From: Camelus dromedarius
Taxonomy: Eukaryota
Direction of reading: 5' to 3'
Length of the DNA: 64,000 nucleotides
Assembly: GCF_036321535.1 (NCBI RefSeq)
Contig: NC_087437.1
Span: 104,968,001 to 105,032,000, forward strand
Each line of letters begins with the position of its first letter. Within the stretch, counting starts at the first letter, position 1. Both the position numbers and the translations under genes were made by a program. The notes under the pieces are model-generated. The model saw only the letters and a program-made list of their open reading frames with translations. It did no database searches and had not been told where the DNA came from. Below are positions 52,230 through 64,000 of this stretch, in pieces.

Positions 52230-52442
52230 CAGTGGTTTTCTACTAGAGGGGGATTTTGCCGCCTAGAAGATATTTGACAATGTTTGAGCTTAGGATCAGT
52301 TGCCACAACAGGGGAATACTCCTGGCATCTAGTAAGTAGAGGTCAGAGGTGCTGCTAAACATCCTGCATGCAGAGGACAGCCCCCAACAACAAAGAATGA
52401 GCTGACCTAGAACACCAATGGCACTTAATGTGAAGAATCCTG
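52230..52442 (+). mobile_element. MER20 (hAT-Charlie) DNA transposon
   Basis: CAGTGGTTTTC..GGGGGATTTTGCC..CTGGCATCTAGTAAGTAGAGGTCAGAGGTGCTGCTAAACATCCT; degenerate 8-bp TSD CTCTAGTC / CCCTTGTC. Confidence 0.85.
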
Positions 52443-53307
52443 CCCTTGTCCAATAATATGTTGCTTTCCTGTCCTCAAAGTCCTCTCCTATTGTGCCTCT
52501 GACAGCTGCCCCAGGCTTCCAGGATGCTAATTGCAGGTCTATTGTAAGGCTGACTACTTTTTTTTTTTCTATTACTTTGGTTCCCACTGGATGAAGTTCT
52601 TTGACTTAGCTGGGAATGTTAGAAAAGCAACACTCTAAAAGTCCTCTCTTTCTGCCTCCACAGCCCCCATTGTCTGATCTCCTGGCTTAGGATCTAACTT
52701 CTGGTCTAGTATCCTTACAGATAGACACATGATGCAACTTATCTAGGCTCAAACTTTACTCTGTTCTTTGAATCCACTTGGTTTTCCACACTAATCTTAA
52801 ACTAAAATGCATGTTTAAGAATCAAGTTATGGTATAGGATGCACTGATTCTCTGAAAACTGTTGGGTTTTATAGTGAAGATCACATCTAATGATCCTGGA
52901 ATAGAAATCTATGTTCTCCAGCTTTGCTTAATGTGTAGCGTTACCTCAATTTGCTTTGCAACTGCTCAAAATTTTTTGTACAATATTCTACACAATGAGC
53001 TTACTCTGTCTTAAAAACAATTAATTGAATAAAGTAGTAGGTGTTCTGTGAACATGTTGACTTCATTACTTAATAATTGAATTAGACACGATACTTATAC
53101 TGAGTTAAAAACACCAAAATCTCCATGACTTAAAAACTAGAAGTCTCACTGTACCTTGTAAGAGTATCATTCTACTTTACATCATCCTCATTTAGAGTCC
53201 TGGGCTGAAGGAGGCTGCAATGCATGCGTTCATAACTACCAGAACAGAAAAAAATGATATGCCAGATCAGGAACTGGCTCTTCAGGCTGCCAACCTGGAG
53301 GTGGCAT

Positions 53308-53562
53308 TGTGTCAGGACACGCAAGGCCACCCCCAAAGTTCAGGGACTTGCTAGGGGGACGCATAGGGCTCAGCTTACAGTACTCCTCATGGCTATGATT
53401 TATTATAGCAAAAGTACACAAAGCAAGATCAGCAAAAGGAAAATGCATGGATGGAAACCAGATGAGAACCACGCTGAGCCCTCTCCCAGTAGAGTAACAC
53501 AGGGTGCACTAATTCCTCCATCAATAAGTGTGTGACACACATGAATTATTCTCTACCGGGAA
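53308..53562. mobile_element. MER21-like LTR fragment
   Basis: TACTCCTCATGGCTATGATTTATTATAGCAAAAGTACACAAAGCAAGATCAGCAAAAGGAAAA..CTCTCCCAGTAGAGTAACACAGG. Confidence 0.7.
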
Positions 53563-56500
53563 AATATCTAACTTCAAGGGTACAGCATAGAGAAAAACAA
53601 CTCTGCCTTGTATCTAGGTGTACAAGACAAATAGTTGATGGAAAGAAAATGATAAACACTATAATATCAGTATTTCACTATGGAGTAAAAAATAAATGGA
53701 CATAATTGAACTTTGGCCTTTATCACATCTGTAAGAAATACAATGTAAATCTATGCAATAATTTTGTTCATGATATAAGCAAAAGTATTCTATAATGGCT
53801 AAGATTTTCATATTATTTCCTAACACATGTATTTTAAATGTTTTGCTTTTATTTTTCTGTGGTGTCTACCTCCCGTGATTTCATAGGGAATTAGATTATC
53901 TCTAGGAATGGTCATTTTTTTTCCCCCTACCAATCATTATTCTTTTTCCTTGAGAAGTCAGGGATAAACGCCATCTGGACATAGTGTTTTATCATCAGAT
54001 GTTTTAATTTCTTGATCATCTGTTCTGGCAAGTTACATGTTTCCTTCAATGTTTATTTTCCTGCCCTGAAAACTGTTTGATTGTTTCTGGCATCTGTTCC
54101 TCCACCTTCATCTGTTAACACAGAGACAAGTAAAGCTTTAGGGTTTGGCAACGCCTCCATCTGCTACAAATCCATCACCCTTGCTGGATTTTGTAGCTAG
54201 GGTCCTTGCAAAACAATATGGCAGAGGGCAATGCACTGACTGGGGTGGGGTGTCTGGAAGGTAAGATTAACATTTTCTCATCAAACCAGAAAGCACTGCT
54301 CTGTGTCAGGGAAAGAAGTGCATTGCTTGACCTCCACAGCCTGCTTTGACAGGCTCCTATCTCCAGAAGTCAGCTCTAAAATTCCAAACCTCGCTGATGA
54401 TATATACACTCTGGTTTAAGTACATTAACGTTTCCTAGGATTTCTCCTTCAGTCTCAGCCTTAGTTTCCGTTTTCATATACGAGGGCCCATCATGTATTG
54501 GACGTGTATCGTGTCCAGCGCAGCATTTTTTTTTTACTACTTTATGAAAAGAATACAAACATAACCTTTGTGATTTCTTGAGTATCATTTATTTTTATTA
54601 TTCCTTTTTCTTTTTCTTGGCGTCTGTCTGTCCCCATGATGTTCTGTATCTCACCAGAGGAAAACACAATCCTTTTATTTTTTAGTTTCTTCCTCAATGA
54701 AATATTTTTAACTCTGACTTGCCAGTAATTTGAGAATGAGGCATAACATAGTACATTAATCTTGATCTATAAGACAATACAGTGCTTGTTTCTCACTATG
54801 TATGTTGTGTGTAGATTCTTGTGTGTGCAGGTTTGTGTGGTATACATGTGTGAATAAATAAAGCTTCTACATAGTATAAACTTGTATGTATGTATGTATA
54901 TATATCTCTGTCTTGATATAAATATATTTATAGCATACTGTAGATTTCTGTACCAACTTTGGTACTTCATTGGAAGTTGTTCATTGTCTACAACACTACT
55001 CAAAGCTCTGTCACAGCTCATTACCCTCTAACCTTCATGACTTTGTTGAAACACTGCATGTTGAAGGGAATACTTGTCCCCAACTCTACTGCCTGCCAGC
55101 TCTATCTCCTCGATTATTGCAAATACATATGAAAATATTCTTCCATGGTTAAGTCTTTTTGGACTGATTTGTGAGGAGCTTACCGCCTTCCTACATATTT
55201 CTGAGTTTGAATAGACTTATCATGCACAACATTTCCCTAATTTTTACCTGCAAAAATGTATTTAACCATGCAGTATAGCCCTAATCAGCTCTTACACTGG
55301 ACCTGTACTTAAACACATCATTATTTATTTCTGCTACAATGATAGCTGCTTAATTAGATATTAATTTGCTGTTCAAATTATTTCATGTTTGCATTTTGTG
55401 GTTTTAAATGAGGTTGGAAGACTAAAGAACTGGCAGGACAGTTTTTATCTGAAGTTTTCAGGAGTGTTGCTAAGGGAATAAGAAGTCGGTTAAGAGATAA
55501 TTTTAAAATAGAAAGCAATTTTAAATCAAATACCCTAAGTATAAAAAAGTACCTTCTTGAGAAGGAAAAAATTGAGCAAAGTTATAAAGATAACATGAAG
55601 TAGGAAAACTTTTTATAGCTGAAAGAATCTTAGATAGTAAGACCTTATATTCCCAAGAGGTGGGGTCTTTTTTAAATCTTTCCTTGTGACAAGAGGGAAA
55701 AATAAATTTTGGAATTACAGAATTGAGAAAGAAAAGCCAGTGTCTTGTTCCTATCCTCTGAATTAGTTCTTCCTGCTACCAGAAGGAGGAAAAGTTTACT
55801 AAAGCAAAGCCTTTGTGAGAATATCAGCTCAGGAGAAAACTTTGACTCTAAGCACATAAAGCAAAATTTAAATATTAAGAAGAAAAATGAAACTAATATG
55901 TTGAAACTAAATATTAAGACTCTAAACTAAATGATTAAGAGTGTTTCTTTGAATGCTTAATTTTAAAGATTTACCTGTTCGGTTGAAGATAAAGTTTATC
56001 TTTTCAAATGAAGCTTTAATATATATATACGTAATTGAGGAGTAGTTATAGTTTATTAACTTAAGCATAAAAGCAACACCTCAAAGCCGATGAAGAAAAG
56101 CATTTGGCTTTTCATAATGCAGAGCTATGTTACAAAGATGTAGAGGAAGAAAAGGAGGTGCGATATCAGGAGTTGAGCCTGCAGGACTTAAAGCCTGAAA
56201 TGATAATTTTGTCACTAAAACAGAGACATGAATAAATGAGGTAAAAAGCTGAAAAGAGTGAAGTTCATTTATTTTTAGTCAACTGTATATATAAGTCAAT
56301 ATTAATATCTCTGCATTGTAATTAAGGATGATGAGCTGCTATATTACTGTTAGACATTGTGTACAGGCCTTTTATAGTACATACAATACATAATTGTGTG
56401 ACTTAAAGTAGTCCAATGGGCAAAGTCCTTTCTTAAATTCACTAAAGAACATAGGTCAAGACACAAAATGATTTCCTATATCATCATTTAACCTCTGGTT

Positions 56501-59500
56501 ACGCTCTACAGAAAGTCAATGTTGAAAAAAAGACCATTAATGAGATCAATAGACTGTGTTTCCTCAGGGTACATGTCCAATCATGATTTTTGTATTTCAT
56601 TTGCTTTTCACAGTGCTTGATAAAATAAAGCTCAATAAATGTTTGCCAAAGATAAAATGAATAAATGCAGTTTTAATATTGCAATGAAAATAAAGATACA
56701 AGCACATGTAACTTTGGAGTATTTATTTCCGTAATATATGTATTTTCCCGTGCAAGGTCCTTATATTTCACAGCTCCAAGGATACAGTGGATCAGGTGTA
56801 GAAACCTACTCTCTAAAAGAGATGTAATACCATGCTGGGAAAACAAATCACGTTTTATGCATCTACGTAATTGAGGAAGAGAAGCACGATTTTCCTCTTG
56901 GAGGAAAATTAAGTCTCCAGGGGAAAATGTACATAAATAGACATAATTTAGGAAGCAATTTAAATCCTACTGCAGGTGGATTATATGGCAAAGAAGGATC
57001 GCTGATGCGGCTCAAGGTTTCTTCCCTTTGCGCCAGCTGTGCTCAGGTAAACTGCGCTTCTCCAGGAGGAAAAGTGGCACCGGTAAAAAGCCTATGGGGA
57101 TATTCAGTGGTCATGGTGCCCCTAGAATTCACTGATAAATGGTGAGCAGGATTTAAAAAAGGAAGGTAAAGATTAAGAATGGAACTGAAGACTGAACTGT
57201 TCTATCTATAGGCTGTGCATTGAAAAGTTCAGCTTGTGTTGGAAAAGACTGAATGGAGGGGCACGGATGGTGCAGCCCAAGATGATTTAGAGCACATAAG
57301 ACTAGAATTCCAGGCTCTGGGACTTGCAAGGAACTCAACATCATAAGAAGGGTACAAACTACTCACTCACAAAGTACACTGTGTTTCTGCTTTTTTGTCG
57401 ATACATGAGGAAACTGAGAATGCAGGTAAATGTCTTGACATAATGATCTCCTGAAAACAATTCCTTATGACAGTTTAAGTTTCTAAATGCCATTCTATTA
57501 GAACTTCATTAAGATATACTTGTAATATTTTCACTGATTTTCTTATTATTTAATTCAATGCTATCATTATTTAATATCTTTAAAATTCTGTTTTTTTTTT
57601 TTTTTTTTTTTTTTCAGTTTTGAAATACAGGTAATCTCTTTCTTACTGAAACAGTAGGAGTTTACAATCCGGATACTTCTGCCCATCCTCAGAACTGGTT
57701 ATTAAAAGTGAAACACGCATATAAATTTTTCATGTAAAACGGAAGACAACATATTTTACGTTGATTTCATTTATCGTTAATAGTCTATAATACTAGTAAA
57801 AAGTCTAAAACAGATGAAATTTTTACCCCCAGTTAGCACTTTTTTTAATCAAAAAAAGTCAATGCACTATAATAAAAACACAACTTCAATTTTTAGCTTT
57901 GTCTACCATGAATGATAGAACCAGCTGAGTTAAGTTCTGTCCTCGCCTCAGGCACACTGTGAATTTAAAATCTTCTCGGTTTCTCCTTCTCCTCCTCATG
58001 TCAAGGATGGGCTTGAGGTGTCTTAAGAATTTCAAAACTAGAAGAAATATCTTGTCTAGTACCTGCTGTAGCTTTATGTGCTATCGAGAAACACCTTACA
58101 AATAACTTTTATCGATCTGATATTTAAAATCCCACTGTTGAAATTAATAATACTGCGAACCTAAATAAAGCTTCACTACACTGCTGTCTATTAGAGATAA
58201 TAATATGAATAAGCTGAGTTATTCATTCATTCTGATGGGAGTGACAGTATATCTTCTTCTGTATATATTAATTCTAGAAAAATTTTTAAGATTAAAGTTT
58301 TAGGAATTGTTACTCTGAGAATTGTAGCCAAGATATCCTCAGAAGAAATATATAATACTTAAATACAATTAAATGAGTATTTTATTACATAAAATATCTC
58401 CCCAAATGGAGATATCAAAAATCTCAGATATTTCTAAAATCATAATACATATAAATGGATAGATAATATGTATACAAAATAATACATGTAGATTTAAACA
58501 AGAACACTAATTGGATAATACTAGTATCACCAGAAATTGAAAATATAAAAACTAAAAAAAAAGGATAACCATTTGCTTTTCACTTATTTGTCCATTTTTT
58601 AAAGAAAGCTTAGAAAAACATCTCATGCTTAGATAAGAAGGGATAAAAATTATACACTGCTTAGAAACAAATAGGTCAACTAGTTTTCTAGCAATATATT
58701 TAGCCTAATATCAATTGGATAAAGCAGGATACACTGCAGCTTCTCTTAACAGTGTAATTTTACTAAAATAAAATATGTATATACACACACATACATGAGA
58801 GAAGACCAGAAATTCTATTAGAAGTAATAATATCAAGCAGTTACAGTAGTTGTAAAATTGAAGAATTATGGGCAGTTTCTTTTGCTTTGTTTTCTACCTT
58901 AGCTTCAATAAGGTTTTTTCATAATTAAAAATAAAAATTATAACATATGTTGAAATACAGAAAATGCTTGTGATATGCTCTTAACTAAAATATGTATGTT
59001 TCATACAAATTTAAGTTCGTAAAACTGTGAAAAATGAATAAAATGTATTGTAAATAATGTAAAACTCTGAAAGCAAGGATAATTTAATTCACTTTAATCT
59101 TGTTTGAAATCATCTATTAAACTAGAAATTACCACTGATGAACACATAATTTTCAGGCTTTAAGATTTTATGTCATGGATGAAAATTCACTAATAATAAT
59201 GCATCATTTCTTTTTATGTAGTCATTTAAATACTGTTGCATTTTAGCTTGTGTCTTTAAGAGCTATTTGACCCAATGAAAACTATTTAGTTGTCTTTATT
59301 ATATATGTTTCATTATGTTACACACCTGATTTCTGAAATATATAACAAGAAATTGTTCTTGCTATATATTTCCTTAGAGAAGGCAAATAATTTACATGTA
59401 ATGTAGAATCTACTGCATTCAGTAACACTGATTTGCTAATATTTGAGATGGACGCTGTGTTAAACCACATGTTATCTATTTTTACATAACTTTGAATGGA

Positions 59501-59559
59501 CTTACTATTATTTCAAATGCTAGATCATTTAGTGTTATGGAAACAATAGCAAATATCCT

Positions 59560-59775
59560 TTGTATGTTTACTATATGCTTGGGACTTAATAGTCATTCTC
59601 GGATTTAATCTTCATAGTAGCCCCATAAGATAAATCTATTATTTACTCCATTTTCTCATAAACTGAATCTCAGAGAGGTGCAATGTCCTGCCCGAGAGGA
59701 CAGGAAAGGCTTGGATGACCTGGGGCTCGAATCCAAGTCTGATTCTGGAGAAAGAGATCTGATCACTATGATCTG
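59560..59775 (-). mobile_element. MIR SINE (degenerate)
   Basis: ATTTAATCTTCATAGTAGCCCCATAAG..AAACTGAATCTCAGAGAGGT..CGAATCCAAGTCTG. Confidence 0.6.
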
Positions 59776-59816
59776 AAGCAGATACTAAAACTTCCTTTAC
59801 CTAATATCTTTATTAG

Positions 59817-60175
59817 TGTGTCACAATACTTGATATAAACATAAAGTCCTTAGGTAGGTTCTGATTGGAGGTTGTTGTCATGGAGCAGTGAGAGGCAGCC
59901 CAACTAGAAGCTGATCACCTTATGTGCTTGACTTAGAAAAGACATTTGGTTTTCTCTGGTTGGTCTTCAGTTGGAAGTGGGAACTAAAAATAGAAATTGG
60001 CAGTCATTGACCAAGTCTTGACTTATAAACACATTGCTGCAAAGACTGTGGTTTGGCTTCCTGGATTGGTTGCTGCAGAGGCTGTGGTTTGGTTTCCTGG
60101 GCTTCTAATGTGGGTCAGATGTCAACTGTCATATGAGGTCTGGCGCTTGTCTCTGGATATTCAGTGAAATATACA
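59817..60175. mobile_element. Old ERV LTR relic
   Basis: GACATTTGGTTTTCTCTGGTTGGTC..GTTGGAAGTGGG..CAGTCATTGACCAAGTC..GCTGCAGAGGCTGTGGTTTGG resembles a recalled eutherian LTR; family not assigned. Confidence 0.5.
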
Positions 60176-61233
60176 ACTGGAGAAGTATAGTCAAAGGTCA
60201 TCTTCTCTTTCTCCTCACCTTGCTTTTTACCCTCCATCAACTTGAATTTCTCACTCTTTGGGGAAATAGCACTCGGGGAGAGAAGAGAGCAGAAAGGGAA
60301 GCATAGACATTATGAGACCAGTGCTGGCAGGTGTGGATGACTCCTAGGTATGGTGGATACTCAAAGCCAGCTCTTTCTCTTACCAACCTTCTGATCCAAG
60401 GTGTGGAAACATCAGTCTCACCTTGGAGTTTGCTACAGCTTACTGATTCAGATCCTGTATTTTAACAAAATCTTCTGAAGGTTTGTATGTACAACATTTA
60501 GAAAGCACTGAGCTAGAATGGCTTTGCGAGTTTCTCCTAGGTTTTCTTACTGGCAACCTTCGATTGCAATTTTCATGAGGTTGGTGGTACCCCTCCACTA
60601 TGTTCTGTTTCTCTTCAGTTCCTGAATTTCTGGCCATTCACTTTACAGGCTGGACATTTTACCCCTTAGGCAGTCATCCTATTTGGAATACCCTTCAAGA
60701 TAGCTCCATCCAGCCTGGGTTAATCTACGTGGTGGAGAGGAAATACAGAGTTTTGCTTCCTTATTAGTAAAAATGCTGTCTTCCTCAGTCTAAGGGAGAG
60801 GGCAGCACTCTTCTCATCTTCTTTAATGTAGGTGGGAGACAGCATGAATCGGAGAGCACAGACCATTTCAACAACTCAGCAAACAAACTCTATCCTTGGA
60901 ACTCCAGATTTTAAAAGCTAGAGATTGGAAACACTAACACTAACAGAAATGGATGTACCATCCCTTAGCATGATCTGGAAAGGGTAAAGCCCCTCAAGTA
61001 GGATAAAGGGATGTATGCAAACTACCGCATTGTTCTTGCCTTTGTGGATCTAAAAAAAGCTTTAAACACAAAGAGGGTATGAGTTTGGATTTAGAAGAAA
61101 GATGTATCTTCAGACTCCAGAACTGGTGAGAAACGCAGTGGCTTAAAGGACTCAGTTGTGGATCTTGCACTTATTTGCTCACTAGCCCTTCAGCCTTCAG
61201 GGGGCTTCTCTAGTCCCAGCACAGGACACCAAA

Positions 61234-61579
61234 ATGTTGACCTAGAGCAAACAGATAGAGAGATATTTCTCCATCAAAGATGGGTTCATTTGGTATCAGG
61301 AGAGAATTGCAATCCAGGGTCTAAAAACATGGCAAACTGCGTGCAAGTCCCCACAGGAAGGGAAGGAGAACTCTTTTGGAGAGGGGAAAAGGAACCTGGG
61401 GGGGCTATAGTAAACAAAGTCCGTGGCTTTTCATGGCTTTCCTGCCTAATTCCTTGCCAGGAAAGAAGAGGAGTTTTGTTCTTTCTGTTGTGCTCTGCTA
61501 TTTTCACAAGGCTTGGGAGCTCACTCTTCTGGTCTCCTAACTTGACTTAATTGAGATTTCTGTTATTGCTGTTTTTACA
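61234..61579. mobile_element. Solo LTR-like element
   Basis: TGTTGACC ... TTTTTACA termini; composition and motifs typical of ungulate ERV1 LTRs. Confidence 0.5.
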
Positions 61580-63254
61580 GTACACATTCTCAAATTTACA
61601 GGCAGTTTATCTGAAGAACTCATGCCCCTTAGTACTATATTAGGTTTCCTTCTTTATTATCATTTTTCTTCCATAGGACAAAAAAAGCCCTGCAGAGTAA
61701 ACGACGTATCGTATGTTAAATACATAAATGTGACCAATCATTTCTAAAAATTTGAAGTGAGGAAAATTATGCACTCTGTCAGAATGACTCAAATAGCTGT
61801 TTGTACATGATCAACAGTTTTCAACAGCTCCATCAGTAACTTAGCAAATGCAAATGTATCTTGAAGCACATTAGAGAAGTAGATTTCTATTCAGTCCTTA
61901 ATGACTAGCAATAATACAGTGCATTTATTGCCACAAATGACTTGCTGGATATTTTCAAGCAGAAGATGAATAATCATATGCTGACCATATAGACAAAGAA
62001 GGAACACCCTAATTGAGAAGGAAACTGGACTAAGTAACTTCTGGATTTGTATTTGATCAATTTATATCTGCCTAGAGAAACAGGTATTTCCAATGGCTAG
62101 CTCTACTTCATTTACAAATGAATGAATATGTAATACAAATATAAATACACCATTAACTCCAAATAGAGTACAGTAACTTTCAATTTTTATTAAAAATTAT
62201 ATTTTAAACAAGTGTTGAAACAGAACAGATTTTTAATATAATTTTTAGTTTATCAGAATATTCCTATAAACAGAACACTTAATTATCTGTGTATTTTGAT
62301 TGGTAGATTATAGAATGTTACTGCTTTGAGATCATCTTTCATGACTTTACATAGATATAAAGTAATATAAGTTCTAAATGCATCACTTTGAAATGGTAGA
62401 GATCATCAAAATCTGAGAGAGAAAACTTACAAAACACTGAATATTTAATTAACAAAGAGAAAGATCAAATAATACCTTAAGCATAGTGCTTTATAATTTA
62501 AAAGGTGTCTTCATACAAGGCAGTACATTTAATGCTAAAAAACCTTTCAATGTAAATATTATTTTAAGCTTACTGAATACATAAAGGGAAAAAAGTCAGT
62601 CTTCTTACCTTCTATTACCAAAGCCTGAAAGTCTTTTCCCCAACATTCTTCTCACAGGCTTCTATTGGTTTCAAAGCTCAATTTAAATGATTTTTTTTCT
62701 TATGATCTCTTTTCCTATTTTCACAAAGATAATTTTACCCATCACTCTGTCTATACACACTTCTATTAGGATATTTATGTCACCTGAATTTATTTTATAT
62801 CATCTCTTTACTGGATATTAAACATCTAAAATTCAGGGACTAGACACTATTCTCCTTTATCTCAACACCCATCAACATTCCTGGCACAGATCAGATGCTC
62901 AATATGATTTGTAAACAATTAAAATATTGGGTTAATTAATTATGTAATAACATATGGTTGGGTAGGTAGTAAATGAAATTGAACACAGATTTTTTGCAAT
63001 AAATTTCTGCTTTCAGATGACCCATAACCATTTCACTAACCCAGTAAAAAACAAAATAAAAGAGAAATGTTATTATAGGTATAATTTATCTTAACTTTTT
63101 GAACTTCTTTGGCTTGCTTTCTTTATTGTTAATTTGTTTAACTAATCAAATTAACATTCAAAATTGACTAAGGCTGGGGCCGTCCATTTACATCTTCACA
63201 AACCTACAAGCACACACTCTTTATTTAAGTCAAAATTGCTAATATGGCTAATTG

Positions 63255-63316
63255 ACTTTTATATTATGCAAGGTGCAATATAACTACTTTTATATTATGC
63301 AAGGTGCAATATAACT
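63255..63316. repeat. Perfect 31-bp tandem duplication
   Basis: ACTTTTATATTATGCAAGGTGCAATATAACT x2 (63255-63285, 63286-63316). Confidence 0.95.
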
Positions 63317-64000
63317 ATCTGATTTTTCTTAAGTTAATAGTATATTCCTTATGGTAATCTTTACTTCACTTTTATATGATCATTCAGAATTTTAAACACA
63401 GTCATATAGACCAGAGTTTGCCAAAAAACTTATTTATTAGTAGTGTACAATTTTACTTATTTAATTTCTTCTAGCAAAGTTAGCCTTTGTATGCATTTAC
63501 AGTGATTAACAATCAACAAATTCATTTTCTGTTGCTAAGTTGTATTGATAATTTTTATTGGCTTTTATGATCAAAAATTAATTGGTAATACTGCATTACA
63601 GCTGTCCATCACTTATCTGATTTGGCCTCATCATGATCATTTGTCAAAACTAGCAAATAACTCAAGAAACTTTTCAAAATGATAGAAAAGGAAGTTCAAC
63701 ATTCAATATCCAGTGATTTTGCAGCTGTCGCTATCATAAACTGTCAACATCACAAACCTCTACTGTGAACTCATTTGTGTAGAAAGCAGAATTGTATGTT
63801 AAATAGTTAAATTTGAAAAATGCATGGGTTTTGAGCCAAAGAGAAAATTTAGATTGCATTTGTGAAAGGTGGAGTTCTAAAATTGTTTCTTCTTAAGGCT
63901 ATAATTAAATTACTACTATTATTATTGTTACTAACAATTATCAAGACAGTTTTTGAAGACTTACATAAGCTCAATTAAATGTTATATCTCCTATGGTAAA

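Noticed and set aside
60033..60102. ~36-bp imperfect tandem repeat (GCTGCA.AG.CTGTGGTTTGG.TTCCTGG x2)
   Set aside because: It lies inside an old LTR and is probably part of that element's structure.
17125..64000. Host protein-coding exons
   Set aside because: Isolated splice-like sites exist (e.g. minus-strand donors near 36048, 43731, 62607; plus-strand acceptor at 36220), but none gave a recognisable peptide. Small exons could be missed without alignment.
1..64000. CRISPR arrays, operons, rRNA or other prokaryotic systems
   Set aside because: The sequence is mammalian; there is no repeat-spacer array or rRNA-like sequence.

Overview
Mammalian, AT-rich, repeat-dense genomic DNA. It is most likely camelid (alpaca/llama/camel), inferred from tRNA-Ala-derived Vic-1-type SINEs and the L1 type. 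I found no convincing host protein-coding exon, so this is probably intergenic or deep intronic. Main contents: (1) a full-length, TSD-flanked, relatively young LINE-1 (10005-17110, +) with an open 1265-aa ORF2 and an ORF1 whose premature stop lies 7 codons before its normal end; (2) a TSD-flanked processed pseudogene of CHST10 (HNK-1 sulfotransferase; 3216-4430, -) that seems to copy an unusual mRNA isoform lacking the C-terminal half of the enzyme; (3) a SINE-SINE-L1 cluster with further L1 3' fragments at 26.5-28.3 kb; (4) many old LTR/ERV relics, hAT DNA transposons, MIRs and microsatellites. Repeat-family names come from my recall of consensus sequences, not from a search, and boundaries of old repeats are approximate. 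I do not see a clearly novel biological system. The best leads are the L1 inter-ORF splice-acceptor/uORF arrangement, an ORF0-like antisense frame in the L1 5'UTR, and the fossil CHST10 isoform.
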